Source: Octopus bimaculoides (taxonomy: Eukaryota). From it: a DNA stretch of 64,000 bases. The stretch lies in assembly GCF_001194135.2 (NCBI RefSeq), contig NC_068987.1, positions 25,886,546 to 25,950,545 on the forward strand, written 5' to 3'. Below are positions 63,081 through 64,000 of this stretch, one piece after another (the stretch's first letter is position 1; each line of letters begins with the position of its first letter). A program made the position numbers and the translations under genes. The notes beneath the pieces are model-generated. The model did not search any database. It worked only from the letters and a program-made list of their open reading frames with translations, and was not told the DNA's origin.

Positions 63081-63339
63081 AATGTGTGTGTGTGTGTGTG
63101 GAGAGAGAGAGTCAACAGGGGAGATGCAGAGATTCTCAAGATGGAAAACACTTAGTTGCATTCAAAATCTTTACCGAGCACTAAGTCTGCATTAAACAAA
63201 CAAAAATACTACTTTTGCTTGGCATACAAAATATATATACATGTATATGTTATCTATCAATCCCAAGCAGTCTGTTGTTTGTTTTATACACACACACATA
63301 TATATTTTCATATATGTATGTATATATATGTAGATACAT

Positions 63340-63580
63340 ATATAGATGATGGATAATGATCTCATAGGGTCAGTTTCCCCGATTTCCAAAGGTGCATATA
63401 TTCCCCGCTGGACAGGACACCAGTCCATTGCAAGATTACTCAATTTTGCTAGCTGAGTAGACTGGAGCAATGTAAAATGAAGTGTTTTGCTCAAAAACAC
63501 AATGCATTGCCCAGTCCCAGAATTGAAACCACAATCTTACAATCATGAGTCCAGTACCCTAACCACTAAGCCATGCACTT
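63340..63580 (-). mobile_element. tRNA-headed SINE (family C-like head, different body)
   Basis: Reverse reads GCATGGCTTAGTGGTTAGGG...GTTTCAATTC...GAGCAAAACACTT...ATGGACTGGTGTCCTGTCCAG. Confidence 0.65.
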
Positions 63581-63581
63581 C

Positions 63582-63628
<47 letters not shown>

Positions 63629-64000
63629 CAAATGAACATTATCATTTTAACATTCACTTGCATGGATCCATGAATCAGATGAAGTTTATTGAGGCAAATA
63701 TTCTATGGCTTGATGCCTTTGTTCTTGTCAGCCTTCACCTGTTTCCAAACAAGTTAATATTTCCTCATGGCCAGACATGTTTGCAGAGAATATTAGAAAT
63801 AAATGACAGTGACACTCATTTACGGCTGTCACATGATGTCAAGAGGGGCACACATACATATATATACACAATGGGCTTCTTTCGGTTTCTGTCTACTAAA
63901 TCCACTCACAAGGTTTTGGTTGGACTGGGGTTATAATAAAAAGGACTCATTGGATAATGTAGCCTTAGATATACAAAATGAATAAGACGATCAAAGATGG

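Overview
Repeat-dense, gap-ridden (16 N-gaps, mostly at microsatellites) eukaryotic genomic DNA. The SINE, microsatellite and intron landscape is what I associate with an octopus (coleoid cephalopod) draft assembly; this is inference, not a database match. One host gene is clear: a ZRSR2/U2AF35-related (Urp) splicing-factor gene on the + strand. It has nine coding exons from 32807 to 59826 that join in frame with GT-AG boundaries (967 nt, about 322 aa: coiled-coil, CCCH zinc finger 1, UHM/RRM, start of zinc finger 2). Its last exon(s) lie beyond the window. The rest is transposon debris: four recurring SINE or LINE-tail families, several mariner/Tc1/Tigger relics and MITEs, a deleted Gypsy LTR element, RTE and CRE-like LINE fragments, and a Penelope GIY-YIG fragment. 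The most unusual observations are two hammerhead-ribozyme-like motifs in inverted-repeat (fold-back) elements (24420-24653, and 27620-28327 with a 9-bp TSD splitting a Tigger), a third degenerate one behind the Penelope fragment, a perfect 50-bp hairpin in ZRSR2 intron 1, and near-identical inverted repeats flanking ZRSR2 exon 9. All calls are by eye; no searches or folding programs were run.
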